Shown here: piece after piece, positions 7,264 to 14,191 of the stretch
Position numbering within the stretch: position 1 is the first letter of the stretch
Layout of the letters: each line of letters opens with the position of its first letter
DNA from: a virus
Lineage: Duplodnaviria; Heunggongvirae; Uroviricota; Caudoviricetes
IMG/VR virus record: IMGVR_UViG_2529292908_000005
Reading direction: 5' to 3' (one strand)
DNA: 14,191 bases
Translations under genes and position numbers: made by a program
Notes under the pieces: generated by a model
Told to the model about the DNA's origin: nothing
The model's input: only the letters and a program-made list of their open reading frames with translations
The model's database searches: none

Positions 7264-7779
7264 TCACCCCCTGACTCGCTTTTCAGCAGCATAAAACTCA
7301 TCAGACAGTATTTCGGTCATTTTCTGTTTTGCGGGTTTTACGCCGCACTGAAGGTAAATCACATCGTCAACGCAGAACCACTTCACAGGGCCAAACAGGA
7401 TTGCCGAGAAATCAATACCCAGCCAGAACAACAGCGCATCGGTTCTGGCATACGTGACGGGTGAATATTCACGCCACAGACTGTTCAGTTCATCAGAGGC
7501 AACACGCAGGGTTTTAGGGATACGTGATGTGCGCGGTGTGCAGCTCCAGCCATTCGACGCAGTCGGTTTTCGCCATAAGTCGCGATGAAAAGGATATTTG
7601 TCCTCCGTAAAACGCAGTCCCTTAAAGCAAAATCCACTGATACCGGATACAAATACCGACCGGCACGCAACATTCAGCACGGCCTCAAGGCGTTTTGCCT
7701 CATCCTTAACTTTCTGGCAGTCCTGCTGGTATTTTTGCCACGCAGCCAGCGCGGAAGGGTTTGATGTTTTAAAGAACAT
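7264..7779 (-). CDS. Hypothetical early-region protein (171 aa)
   Basis: ORF whose ATG shares a nucleotide with the upstream stop (TAATG at 7777-7781); no family recognised. Confidence 0.55.
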   Translation of the reverse strand: MFFKTSNPSALAAWQKYQQDCQKVKDEAKRLEAVLNVACRSVFVSGISGFCFKGLRFTEDKYPFHRDLWRKPTASNGWSCTPRTSRIPKTLRVASDELNSLWREYSPVTYARTDALLFWLGIDFSAILFGPVKWFCVDDVIYLQCGVKPAKQKMTEILSDEFYAAEKRVRG

Positions 7780-8312
7780 TACGCCACCTCCGCAGATATC
7801 CCGGCAGGCGCTGCTGTCCGGTCAACAATCAGGTAGCGCAGAACATGTTCAGTGATATTCCAGCCGCTTAAACCGCAGATAATGACGCCCAGGCGTATGT
7901 CGATATACGCCATCACAAACTGGGGCACGCCTTCTTTCATGGCCTGCTCATCAACTTCAGCCACCACATAAACGGTTTCACAGGTCAGAACGCCCTGAGC
8001 AAATTCCCACGCCATCGACGGAATATCATGCCCCTCAATCCATGGCAGGGATTTTCTGAAGCCGCACCACTGAACATCATCAGCCGCAGATTCCTGGCTG
8101 CATTTGCGACGAACCGGCTGCACCGGGCGGGGGCGCGGAATATCATAAAAACCGTTACATTCCGTCAGCACGCCTGCATCAACCGCATCACGCAGAAAAT
8201 AAACCATGGAGGATGGCGGCATATTCATTTTTTCAGCCAGTACACCGCAGGTCAGGCGGCCATAAATACGCAGCCAGTTTTTAACCCCTTCAAGCACTTT
8301 TGCATCAATCAT
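7779..8312 (-). CDS. Hypothetical early-region protein (177 aa)
   Basis: ORF with GGGGAAA SD 7 nt upstream of ATG 8310-8312; first gene after the 145-bp AT-rich gap downstream of gam; no family recognised. Confidence 0.55.
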   Translation of the reverse strand: MIDAKVLEGVKNWLRIYGRLTCGVLAEKMNMPPSSMVYFLRDAVDAGVLTECNGFYDIPRPRPVQPVRRKCSQESAADDVQWCGFRKSLPWIEGHDIPSMAWEFAQGVLTCETVYVVAEVDEQAMKEGVPQFVMAYIDIRLGVIICGLSGWNITEHVLRYLIVDRTAAPAGISAEVA

Positions 8313-8457
8313 GATTTATTTCCCCACCACATTATTAATGACGATATAAACGTATTTCATATTTCTTAACCCTTATTTTCTGTTTTCAGGCGCAAGCAGT
8401 CCCCTGACGCGAGCGCCATAATTAAAATGAAGTGATATTTAATTGATTAATGCGGTG

Positions 8458-8988
8458 TTATTTATTCAGTCCGGCGTCCTGTTCAAAAGGCTCGACATAA
8501 AAACTTTCAGCGCCTTTATTCACCTTGATACCGGCAATGCCTTTCACAGCATCCGGCTCCGCCAGGACGGCTTCCTTGTTCACTTCCTCTTTCGTGCGGA
8601 TGAAACGCTCAAGCCCCATACGGCGCAGCATTTCAATCACACCTTCCACATCACGGCTGACGCTGCATGATGGCGTTCCCAGCCGCCATGACACCGTTCC
8701 GGTGGTCAGATTGGCTGTTTTGGTTTTGCCGCCGTTCGTCAGCTCATCACGGTTGGTTTTGCACCAGTCCTGAATCCCTTTAAAAAGCACTTTGATTTGC
8801 TTTTTAAGATTTTCAATCTGCGGCGTATAACGGGCGGTGATTTCTGCCACTTCGTCATTCATCGCCGTTTCCAGGCGCAGCGCCTCTCGCTGAATATCTC
8901 CCAGGGTGCGGATATCACGGCTGACTTCTTCCCGGGTCTGCGGTGCCGCCTCGGCTGCGGCCTTTAATTTTGTAACGCGTTTAGCCAT
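8458..8988 (-). CDS. gam: Gam-like host-nuclease inhibitor (Mu Gam family, DNA-end binding)
   Basis: 176-aa ORF MAK...DIRTLGDIQREALRLETAMNDEVAEI...DWCKTNRDELTNGGKTKTANLTTGTVSWR...ERFIRTKEEVNKEAVL...EPFEQDAG, co-linear with Mu Gam as recalled; AGGA SD. Confidence 0.9.
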   Translation of the reverse strand: MAKRVTKLKAAAEAAPQTREEVSRDIRTLGDIQREALRLETAMNDEVAEITARYTPQIENLKKQIKVLFKGIQDWCKTNRDELTNGGKTKTANLTTGTVSWRLGTPSCSVSRDVEGVIEMLRRMGLERFIRTKEEVNKEAVLAEPDAVKGIAGIKVNKGAESFYVEPFEQDAGLNK

Positions 8989-8999
8989 TTTGTTTTTCC

Positions 9000-9293
9000 T
9001 TATTGCAGTGTGCCTGATGCTTTATGCACGCGGTGGCGTTTAATGATGGCATCCGCTCCAAAAGACTGTGCAGATGCCTGAAATTCCGCTGAGAGAAACT
9101 GAATAATTGCAGGACTGTGATACTGGAGAATACTTGCATAAACGTCACAGAGTGACGTCGGCCTGTTATCCGTATCACGTTCTGTTTTTACATCCACACC
9201 AATCTTTTCATGCACTTCAACACTGTCATTGCCTGCCGGTTTTTCGTCATGCGAAACATGCTCAAATTCAAAAATAACGCGTACTTTGCTCAT
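9000..9293 (-). CDS. Hypothetical small early protein (paralogue 1 of a tandem pair)
   Basis: ORF-track 9000..9320; preferred start ATG 9291-9293 (MSKVRVIFEFEHV...) with GGGG SD, 4 nt after the upstream gene stop; N-terminus parallels the upstream gene (MSKVVRIIFEYKE...). Confidence 0.55.
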   Translation of the reverse strand: MSKVRVIFEFEHVSHDEKPAGNDSVEVHEKIGVDVKTERDTDNRPTSLCDVYASILQYHSPAIIQFLSAEFQASAQSFGADAIIKRHRVHKASGTLQ

Positions 9294-9297
9294 GGAA

Positions 9298-9570
9298 TTA
9301 CCCCTGCTGATTAAATTCATTACCGTTAATAACCCCGGAAGCCATGCCTCTGTCTTTCATGAATGCACTGGCTTTCATTGCCACAAACTCTGCGAAGTTT
9401 CTGCTTTCTGCCAGCATAACCACCCCAAAAATCATGGCGGGTCCATTATCTTTCTTCTTTATTCCGGTTGAACGTATATCCAGACTTACCCCTCTGTGCG
9501 TGCTGCCATCAGAGTTTTTGCAGATAACATCTTCCTTGTATTCGAAAATAATGCGTACGACTTTACTCAT
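9298..9570 (-). CDS. Hypothetical small early protein (paralogue 2 of a tandem pair)
   Basis: 90-aa ORF MSKVVRIIFEYKEDV...; 4-nt start/stop overlap with the upstream gene. Confidence 0.55.
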   Translation of the reverse strand: MSKVVRIIFEYKEDVICKNSDGSTHRGVSLDIRSTGIKKKDNGPAMIFGVVMLAESRNFAEFVAMKASAFMKDRGMASGVINGNEFNQQG

Positions 9571-9848
9571 CCTCTGGTCCTCGTTCTGTTTGGATAACTG
9601 ACCCGGCGTCTAACCTCACGGCAGAACCGAATCATGGCATTAAAGGCTTCTTCCTCCGTCACCGCTTCCGGTATCCCAGGAACCAGTAGCTGTTCCTGTT
9701 CATCGCGTCCATGACGCGCCATAACCTCAATCACATGCCGTACCGTGGCAGGCTTTCCGGCAACTATCGGCAATGCACCTTCCGGCAGGACGTAACCAAA
9801 CTCAATAAGACCACTCGACCACGCCCATGCAATGAGATTTCGTTTCAC
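9567..9848 (-). CDS. Hypothetical small early protein (93 aa)
   Basis: ORF packed between neighbours in the B-to-gam interval; no family recognised. Confidence 0.5.
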   Translation of the reverse strand: MKRNLIAWAWSSGLIEFGYVLPEGALPIVAGKPATVRHVIEVMARHGRDEQEQLLVPGIPEAVTEEEAFNAMIRFCREVRRRVSYPNRTRTRG

Positions 9849-9849
9849 C

Positions 9850-10116
9850 TCACACCTCCCAGTAAACCGTGCAGCCGCTGATGCGGGTGGCCTTCACACG
9901 GCGGCGCAGGCCGTTGGTCTGTATGGTGATTTCAATTTCACCGGTTCCCTGCACGTTGCCTACCGGCGGCGTGGTTTTCAGTGCAAAACGTTGCGGATAG
10001 CGCTTACTGCGTTCCAGTACCGCACCGGCAAGTTCGGTCAGACGGCGCGCGCTGTTCAGGGAGTCGAATAAATTCATTTTGTTACCGCAGGATTGCATAT
10101 TCATATAACACCTCAT
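9850..10116 (-). CDS. Hypothetical small early protein (start ambiguous: ATG at 10116, 10104, 10098 or 10077)
   Basis: ORF directly following the upstream stop (TAA ATG); several in-frame ATGs, GAGGTG SD-like element before 10104/10098; sits where kil-type genes lie in Mu, but no sequence recognition. Confidence 0.45.
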   Translation of the reverse strand: MRCYMNMQSCGNKMNLFDSLNSARRLTELAGAVLERSKRYPQRFALKTTPPVGNVQGTGEIEITIQTNGLRRRVKATRISGCTVYWEV

Positions 10117-10338
10117 TTAGCTGACTTGTTTCGCACCAACAGAACGGCATATTCCGCTGTAAACTTCTGTCGCACCTTCGCGATCAAGTCCGGCAGATAT
10201 CACCATTCGTGTGCGGTCATTAAATTCAAAAAGTAAATCGCCACATTCTTTATTTTCGGCCAGTGAAATCACCTTCACGTTATCGAAATTAACCAGGTAA
10301 AAGCGTCCGTAAATATCAGGAATATTAAATACCGCCAT
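10117..10338 (-). CDS. Hypothetical small early protein (73 aa)
   Basis: ORF-track 10117..10344 (GTG); ATG 10336-10338 with AGGTG SD 5 nt upstream is preferred; begins 2 nt after the B stop. Confidence 0.5.
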   Translation of the reverse strand: MAVFNIPDIYGRFYLVNFDNVKVISLAENKECGDLLFEFNDRTRMVISAGLDREGATEVYSGICRSVGAKQVS

Positions 10339-10340
10339 AA

Positions 10341-11273
10341 TCACACCTGTGAGAGTAATTCAGGGTTGGTATAAACCTCTTTAAAGGCCGCATTAATATG
10401 TTTTTCTGTCAGCGCCGCGCCTTCACCGCTGGCGGTGAGCCACGCCTGGTTAAGCGTATGTGTCAGAACGCGTAACGCTCCCGGCTTTTCAGCGATAGCC
10501 TGCATGACGGCCAGCTCGGCCTCACCACTGATACCCCATGCCCTGGCAATGGCCAGCACATCCGCCTTTTTGGCCTTGCGAAGTTGTTTTGTACGGGCAA
10601 GACGGCTGAACAGGCGCGATAAATCATCAAAGGCGCGGCGTCCACCTTTAAACAATCCGCGCGGGTTACCAATAAGCACCATCCCGATCCCCGTGGCGTC
10701 CTGAATTGCCCGGAGTTGCTCCAGACCGTCAATACCAAGATGATCCGCCTCATCCACAATCACCAGTCCACGCGTTCCCGTCAGGCGACGGCGGATGGCG
10801 CGGGATAATGCCCCTTTGTTCGCGCGGGTGTAATCAATCCCCAGCGCATCGGCCAGCTCCAGCAGACACTCCGTGACGCTGGAGTGCGCGGGTGACAGGG
10901 TGATCATCCAGGTGTTTGGTTGCTCCTGGCAGTAATTACGGGCAGTGGCCGTTTTACCCACACCCGGTACGCCCACAATAACGTTAATACAGCCCATCAG
11001 GCGAACCGCCTGAAACAGTGCGCGCAGCTCCTGGACTGTCTGAGTTTCCACAAACTGCGGCGGTTCCGGCAGTGCGCTTTGTTTATTCCAGTTCTCATAC
11101 CAGGAGCGCAGGGAAGCAGCCACAGCGGCGTTATCGCCTTTATATTTCCCCTTGCGGAAAGCCGATAATGTGCCGTCGGAAATTCCCGCCTCTCTGGCGA
11201 TGGCATACTGCGTCAGCACGCCGCCATCAATAAGTTCATCAATGGTCTTGATTACATCGTTTATATCGGTCAT
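10341..11273 (-). CDS. B: MuB-like transposition target-capture protein (AAA+ ATPase)
   Basis: 310-aa ORF with Walker A VGVPGVGKTATARNY, ...LVIVDEADHLG..., N-terminal HTH-like region, and co-linearity with Mu B as recalled (...GDN..V...L..W...PEPP.FVETQTV...KPGALR.L...); GAGG SD; directly downstream of the transposase. Confidence 0.92.
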   Translation of the reverse strand: MTDINDVIKTIDELIDGGVLTQYAIAREAGISDGTLSAFRKGKYKGDNAAVAASLRSWYENWNKQSALPEPPQFVETQTVQELRALFQAVRLMGCINVIVGVPGVGKTATARNYCQEQPNTWMITLSPAHSSVTECLLELADALGIDYTRANKGALSRAIRRRLTGTRGLVIVDEADHLGIDGLEQLRAIQDATGIGMVLIGNPRGLFKGGRRAFDDLSRLFSRLARTKQLRKAKKADVLAIARAWGISGEAELAVMQAIAEKPGALRVLTHTLNQAWLTASGEGAALTEKHINAAFKEVYTNPELLSQV

Positions 11274-11312
11274 ATTATTACCTCGCGTTTGTGTAGTTCC
11301 TTTGTTTAATCA

Positions 11313-11348
11313 AATAACCTGAGTCGCCGCTCGGGTTATTTTTTATTT
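11313..11348 (+). terminator. Stem-loop plus T-tract in the A-B intergenic region; reads as an intrinsic terminator on the strand antisense to A/B
   Basis: AATAACCTGAG-TCGCCG-CTCGGGTTATT (11-bp stem with one G-U pair on the plus-strand RNA) followed by TTTTATTT; on the sense (minus) strand the stem has a C-A mismatch and a weaker U-tract. Confidence 0.35.
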
Positions 11349-13438
11349 CAGGCCAGAGGGTCATTTTCTTTTAATTTCGCTTCAAGCAGCTGCAATCCCC
11401 GCTGGAAATTACGCTCGTATTCTTCATCAGGTTCATCGTCAGCGACCGGTTGCTGAACGATCACCGTATTACCCACAGGGCGGTATATATTTTCCAGCCA
11501 CGGCTCCTGTGGCTTGTGCTCCAGCACGTTGACAATCTCATCCTCGGCATCACGGATTTTTTCCTCTGCGCGTTTACGCATGCCTTTAAGGCGCTGCTGC
11601 TGTTTGTGGTATTCCGCGCTGACCGGGAAGGCTTCGCGTTTATTGCCGTCCCATACCGCCTCGCAAATCACGCTGCCATCCGGGCGACGTACGGTAATTC
11701 GTTCGGCATCATGAATGTCATAGCTGATAAGCACCTTACGACCATGCTCGTCACGCAGCTCGGGCGCGTAGTAAATATTATTCAGCCAGCGTATTTCACA
11801 GCGTCTTACAGGGCGTTCCACCATCGGCCGGAACATATCCCGCAGCTCAACATCGGACAGCCATTCAATTTCCGTGTCCTCTTCCGCCAGGCGTTTTTTT
11901 CTGAACTCCGCCGGGCTGTAATGCTTGCCGTTCGGCTTCACCGGTAATTCATCGTGCGGCCGGTTGTTGTACCACTCAACACCATCACGAATGGCATCAA
12001 TCAGTTCAGCCCAGGACGGTAAATCACGCATCGCTGACTGCTGCCGGGCGTTCAGCCGTTTGCCCTGTTGCAGGGCAGTAAATGCCGAGCGTAAATCGCG
12101 GTTGGTTTTGCGTAACGTCTCGCGATCTGCACCTTTCCCGAAATAGGTGCGGTATTTACGGGCTATGCGCATCGGTAATGTGCGGTTAAGCCGTTCGATA
12201 ATGCCTCGTCCCTGCGGATTACCGGCAATCCCGGTCGGGTGATTAATCCCCAGTCGCGGCAGTATCCCCACAACCTCCTTATCCAGGATGTCGGCGGTTT
12301 CCCCGGAGCCGTTATCCGAGTAATACAGAAACGGTTTGCCGTGATGGCGAATGCCGTGCTGTATGGCACCGGCTACGGCGAAAACATTTTCAGCCAGGTC
12401 AAGGCTCCAGCCCACCACAAAGCGCGTGCCACCGTCGATAACAAAGGTCACTTCCGGTGCAAATGGCCGACCGTGAACCGGGTGTGCGCATTTCAGCTTC
12501 ATGCCGTGACCGTCACCAATCCAGACATAATTCACCGGCATTTTTGACCAGTCGCGGCGCGTGAATCCCTCAAGCTGGCGGTATTCACTGCCGGTCACCC
12601 GGCCTTTTTGTTTCACCACTTCCGGCAGTTTCTTCATTGCGCGGCGAATGGTGTCATAAGACGGCATGATATCGAGCATATAAGGCTCATCAGCGTGCCG
12701 GTGCTGCCATTCAGCAACAAAATCCTCGTAAGCCTCGGTCATTGGTCGGCCGTTTGACTGGCGATACTGCGCCAGAAATTCGGGCAGCCAGTTAATATCT
12801 TCGGCTTTTATTTCCTGGCGCTTACCCGGTGCCAGTAAAAGCAGGCGTTCAGCGGCGTTCTGCGCCTTGTTAAAGGCCGCAATCCAGCGTTTCAGCGTGA
12901 TTTCACTTAACGCGCGGCTGTTTCCCTTTTTGGCGTTCGCCGTCTCAACCATTGCCACAATGCGCTCGTCCAGCTGCGAACGTGCCAGGTTGTCAACGAT
13001 AAACCGGATAGCCTTCGCACAGCTGAAACCAGGTTGTTGCGCGACTTTCAGCACCTCGCTGACGATCGCGATTCGTGCATCAGCCACCTGGCGCTGGTTT
13101 TCAGTCAGGGCATTAAGGCGTTCAACCATCAGTTGTGGTGATCCGCGATATGCCTCCACCGCATCAACCACGGCAGGCGAGCGTCTGGCCTTTGTCACCA
13201 CTGGAGCCGGTGATTCATCGACTTTTTGAGTCATCAGTTGCAGGGCGTAGCGTTCACGTAATGCCTGCTGCGTCACTTCAGGTAAACAGTCGATGCTGTA
13301 TTCAGTTGCTTTAGAGCCTGAGCGACGACGGGAACAACAGCTTTTCCCTTGTACGTAACGTTGTAATGCCTGGCGAATACCTTTTGTTGTAGCAGGCATT
13401 CCGGGCGCGCCAATCAGTTCTTTTGCAATGACATACAT
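11348..13438 (-). CDS. A: Mu-type DDE transposase (MuA-like)
   Basis: 696-aa ORF of MuA size, immediately between ner-like and B-like genes; start 1 nt after the ner stop (TGATATG); internal ...YVWIGDGHGMKLKC... core region. Assignment rests mainly on size and conserved ner-A-B synteny. Confidence 0.9.
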   Translation of the reverse strand: MYVIAKELIGAPGMPATTKGIRQALQRYVQGKSCCSRRRSGSKATEYSIDCLPEVTQQALRERYALQLMTQKVDESPAPVVTKARRSPAVVDAVEAYRGSPQLMVERLNALTENQRQVADARIAIVSEVLKVAQQPGFSCAKAIRFIVDNLARSQLDERIVAMVETANAKKGNSRALSEITLKRWIAAFNKAQNAAERLLLLAPGKRQEIKAEDINWLPEFLAQYRQSNGRPMTEAYEDFVAEWQHRHADEPYMLDIMPSYDTIRRAMKKLPEVVKQKGRVTGSEYRQLEGFTRRDWSKMPVNYVWIGDGHGMKLKCAHPVHGRPFAPEVTFVIDGGTRFVVGWSLDLAENVFAVAGAIQHGIRHHGKPFLYYSDNGSGETADILDKEVVGILPRLGINHPTGIAGNPQGRGIIERLNRTLPMRIARKYRTYFGKGADRETLRKTNRDLRSAFTALQQGKRLNARQQSAMRDLPSWAELIDAIRDGVEWYNNRPHDELPVKPNGKHYSPAEFRKKRLAEEDTEIEWLSDVELRDMFRPMVERPVRRCEIRWLNNIYYAPELRDEHGRKVLISYDIHDAERITVRRPDGSVICEAVWDGNKREAFPVSAEYHKQQQRLKGMRKRAEEKIRDAEDEIVNVLEHKPQEPWLENIYRPVGNTVIVQQPVADDEPDEEYERNFQRGLQLLEAKLKENDPLA

Positions 13439-13439
13439 A

Positions 13440-13688
13440 TCATGACGCCTTTCTCATATAGCTCTTAACCTGGTATCGACTGGGCCAGATTTCTTCAGGC
13501 GATACCCCAAGAGCATCAGCAATTATTTGCTGATACGGTCGGCAAGGAGTACGTAATACGCTTTTCAGCGAATCCCTGCTGTAACCAGCCTTTAAAGATA
13601 AAGAGCGCAGTGATAAGCCAGCCATGTGTAAGCGCGCCTTGATGATTTCAGGCGGCCAATCGTGATCTGAAACTTCTCTTCTACTCAT
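13440..13688 (-). CDS. ner: Ner-like DNA-binding regulator (Ner/Nlp family)
   Basis: 82-aa ORF ...DWPPEIIKARL...GLSLRSLSLKAGYSRDSL...QQIIADALGVSPEEIWPSRY..., co-linear with Mu Ner / E. coli Nlp as recalled; first gene of the early operon, divergent from the repressor. Confidence 0.88.
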   Translation of the reverse strand: MSRREVSDHDWPPEIIKARLHMAGLSLRSLSLKAGYSRDSLKSVLRTPCRPYQQIIADALGVSPEEIWPSRYQVKSYMRKAS

Positions 13689-13855
13689 ACTTCCTCTATT
13701 CTAAAAAGTTACCCGCGCGGATATTCGTGCGGATATCTGTACGGGTAAATAATAGAACAAGCAAAAGAACCAAATCAAGGTATTTTGTTCTTTTTATTCT
13801 TTGCGGTGTTTTTGTTATTAATATCAATAAGATAAATAAAAAGGAACCTGAGAGC
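13689..13855. promoter_or_regulatory. Divergent early promoter/operator region between ner and the repressor gene
   Basis: 167-bp AT-rich intergenic region. Direct repeats GCGGATAT at 13717-13724 and 13729-13736 nested in inverted arms TTACCCG (13709-13715) / CGGGTAA (13742-13748). Candidate leftward promoter: -35 TTGATT (13773-13778) and -10 TATTAT (13749-13754), 18-bp spacer. AAGGAA SD for the repressor at 13841-13846. Confidence 0.5.
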
Positions 13856-14191
13856 ATGAACATGAAAAACAGTTCTTTTCTCGACGAAGGAAAAGAACCA
13901 GTGATCGAACGGATTTTTCGTCTTGCAGAGCGTTACAAATCGAGAAGTGAGGCGGCTAGAGCATGGGGAATAAACGTTCAGACATTGCAGAACTACTACA
14001 AAAGGAGAAACAATCAGCCGCCACCACAACCAAGAAAGCACCATCTCCAGAACATTGCAGAAAGAGAACATGTATCTATGGAGTGGCTGGTCAATGGTTA
14101 TGGTGATGAGCCAAGCATGAAAAAAGAACCAATTGAACAAACAAAAAGAACAAAAAACAAAGAATTGATGATAGTGATTCCATCATCATGA
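13856..14191 (+). CDS. Prophage repressor, CI-type HTH (Phage_CI_repr-like); ends at the window edge
   Basis: ORF-track frame 13727..14191; preferred start ATG 13856 (MNMKNSS...) with AAGGAA SD 9 nt upstream; HTH segment ...SRSEAARAWGINVQTLQNYYK... and the ...VSMEWLVNGYG motif typical of CI-type repressor N-domains; divergent from ner-A-B. Confidence 0.7.
   Translation: MNMKNSSFLDEGKEPVIERIFRLAERYKSRSEAARAWGINVQTLQNYYKRRNNQPPPQPRKHHLQNIAEREHVSMEWLVNGYGDEPSMKKEPIEQTKRTKNKELMIVIPSS

Noticed and set aside
6881-8773. ORFs 6881..7168 (+), 7485..7673 (-), 7598..7855 (+), 8028..8369 (+), 8443..8670 (+), 8525..8773 (+)
   Set aside because: Antisense or nested relative to the translationally coupled minus-strand operon.
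10435-13229. Plus-strand ORFs inside B and A (10435..10704, 10920..11168, 11018..11233, 11450..11947, 11514..11714, 11925..12146, 12239..12547, 12867..13229) and nested minus ORFs 10463..10759, 10997..11206, 12163..12369
   Set aside because: Nested within or antisense to the long, well-supported transposition genes.
1-14191. Searched by eye for CRISPR repeats, tRNA/rRNA genes and Mu-type terminal sequences
   Set aside because: No regularly spaced direct repeats, no cloverleaf-like or rRNA-like sequence, and no prophage end seen; the NanS-like gene runs through the left edge and the repressor gene reaches the right edge, so any ends lie outside the window.

Overview
The window reads as a Mu-like transposable prophage in reverse orientation that appears to have lost its morphogenetic core. 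At the right edge a CI-type HTH repressor (+, 13856-14191) is divergent from a minus-strand early operon: ner, A (DDE transposase), B (AAA+ ATPase), five small genes, gam, then six more small genes (5955-13688), mostly joined by start/stop overlaps. At about 5.8-6.3 kb this operon abuts the distal tail module (baseplate J-like, DUF2313/gp48-like, tail fibre) with no Mor/C, lysis, head, sheath/tube or tape-measure genes in between. The fibre gene runs into a ~1.3 kb invertible segment bounded by Mu gix-like 26-bp sites (2302-2327, 3620-3645), which carries an alternative fibre C-terminal cassette and a single tail-fibre assembly gene. A Gin/Pin-family invertase follows (1664-2236), and beyond it a multi-domain NanS-like O-acetylesterase gene runs off the left edge. 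Four single-base homopolymer indels break nanS (twice), tfa and the fibre gene. I found no rRNA, tRNA or CRISPR array. No single novel system is identified; the best candidates for undescribed biology are the six uncharacterised small genes downstream of gam (including an unlisted 47-aa 4xCxxC zinc-ribbon ORF) and the AT-rich junction. All family assignments come from reading translations and recalled motifs, not from database searches.
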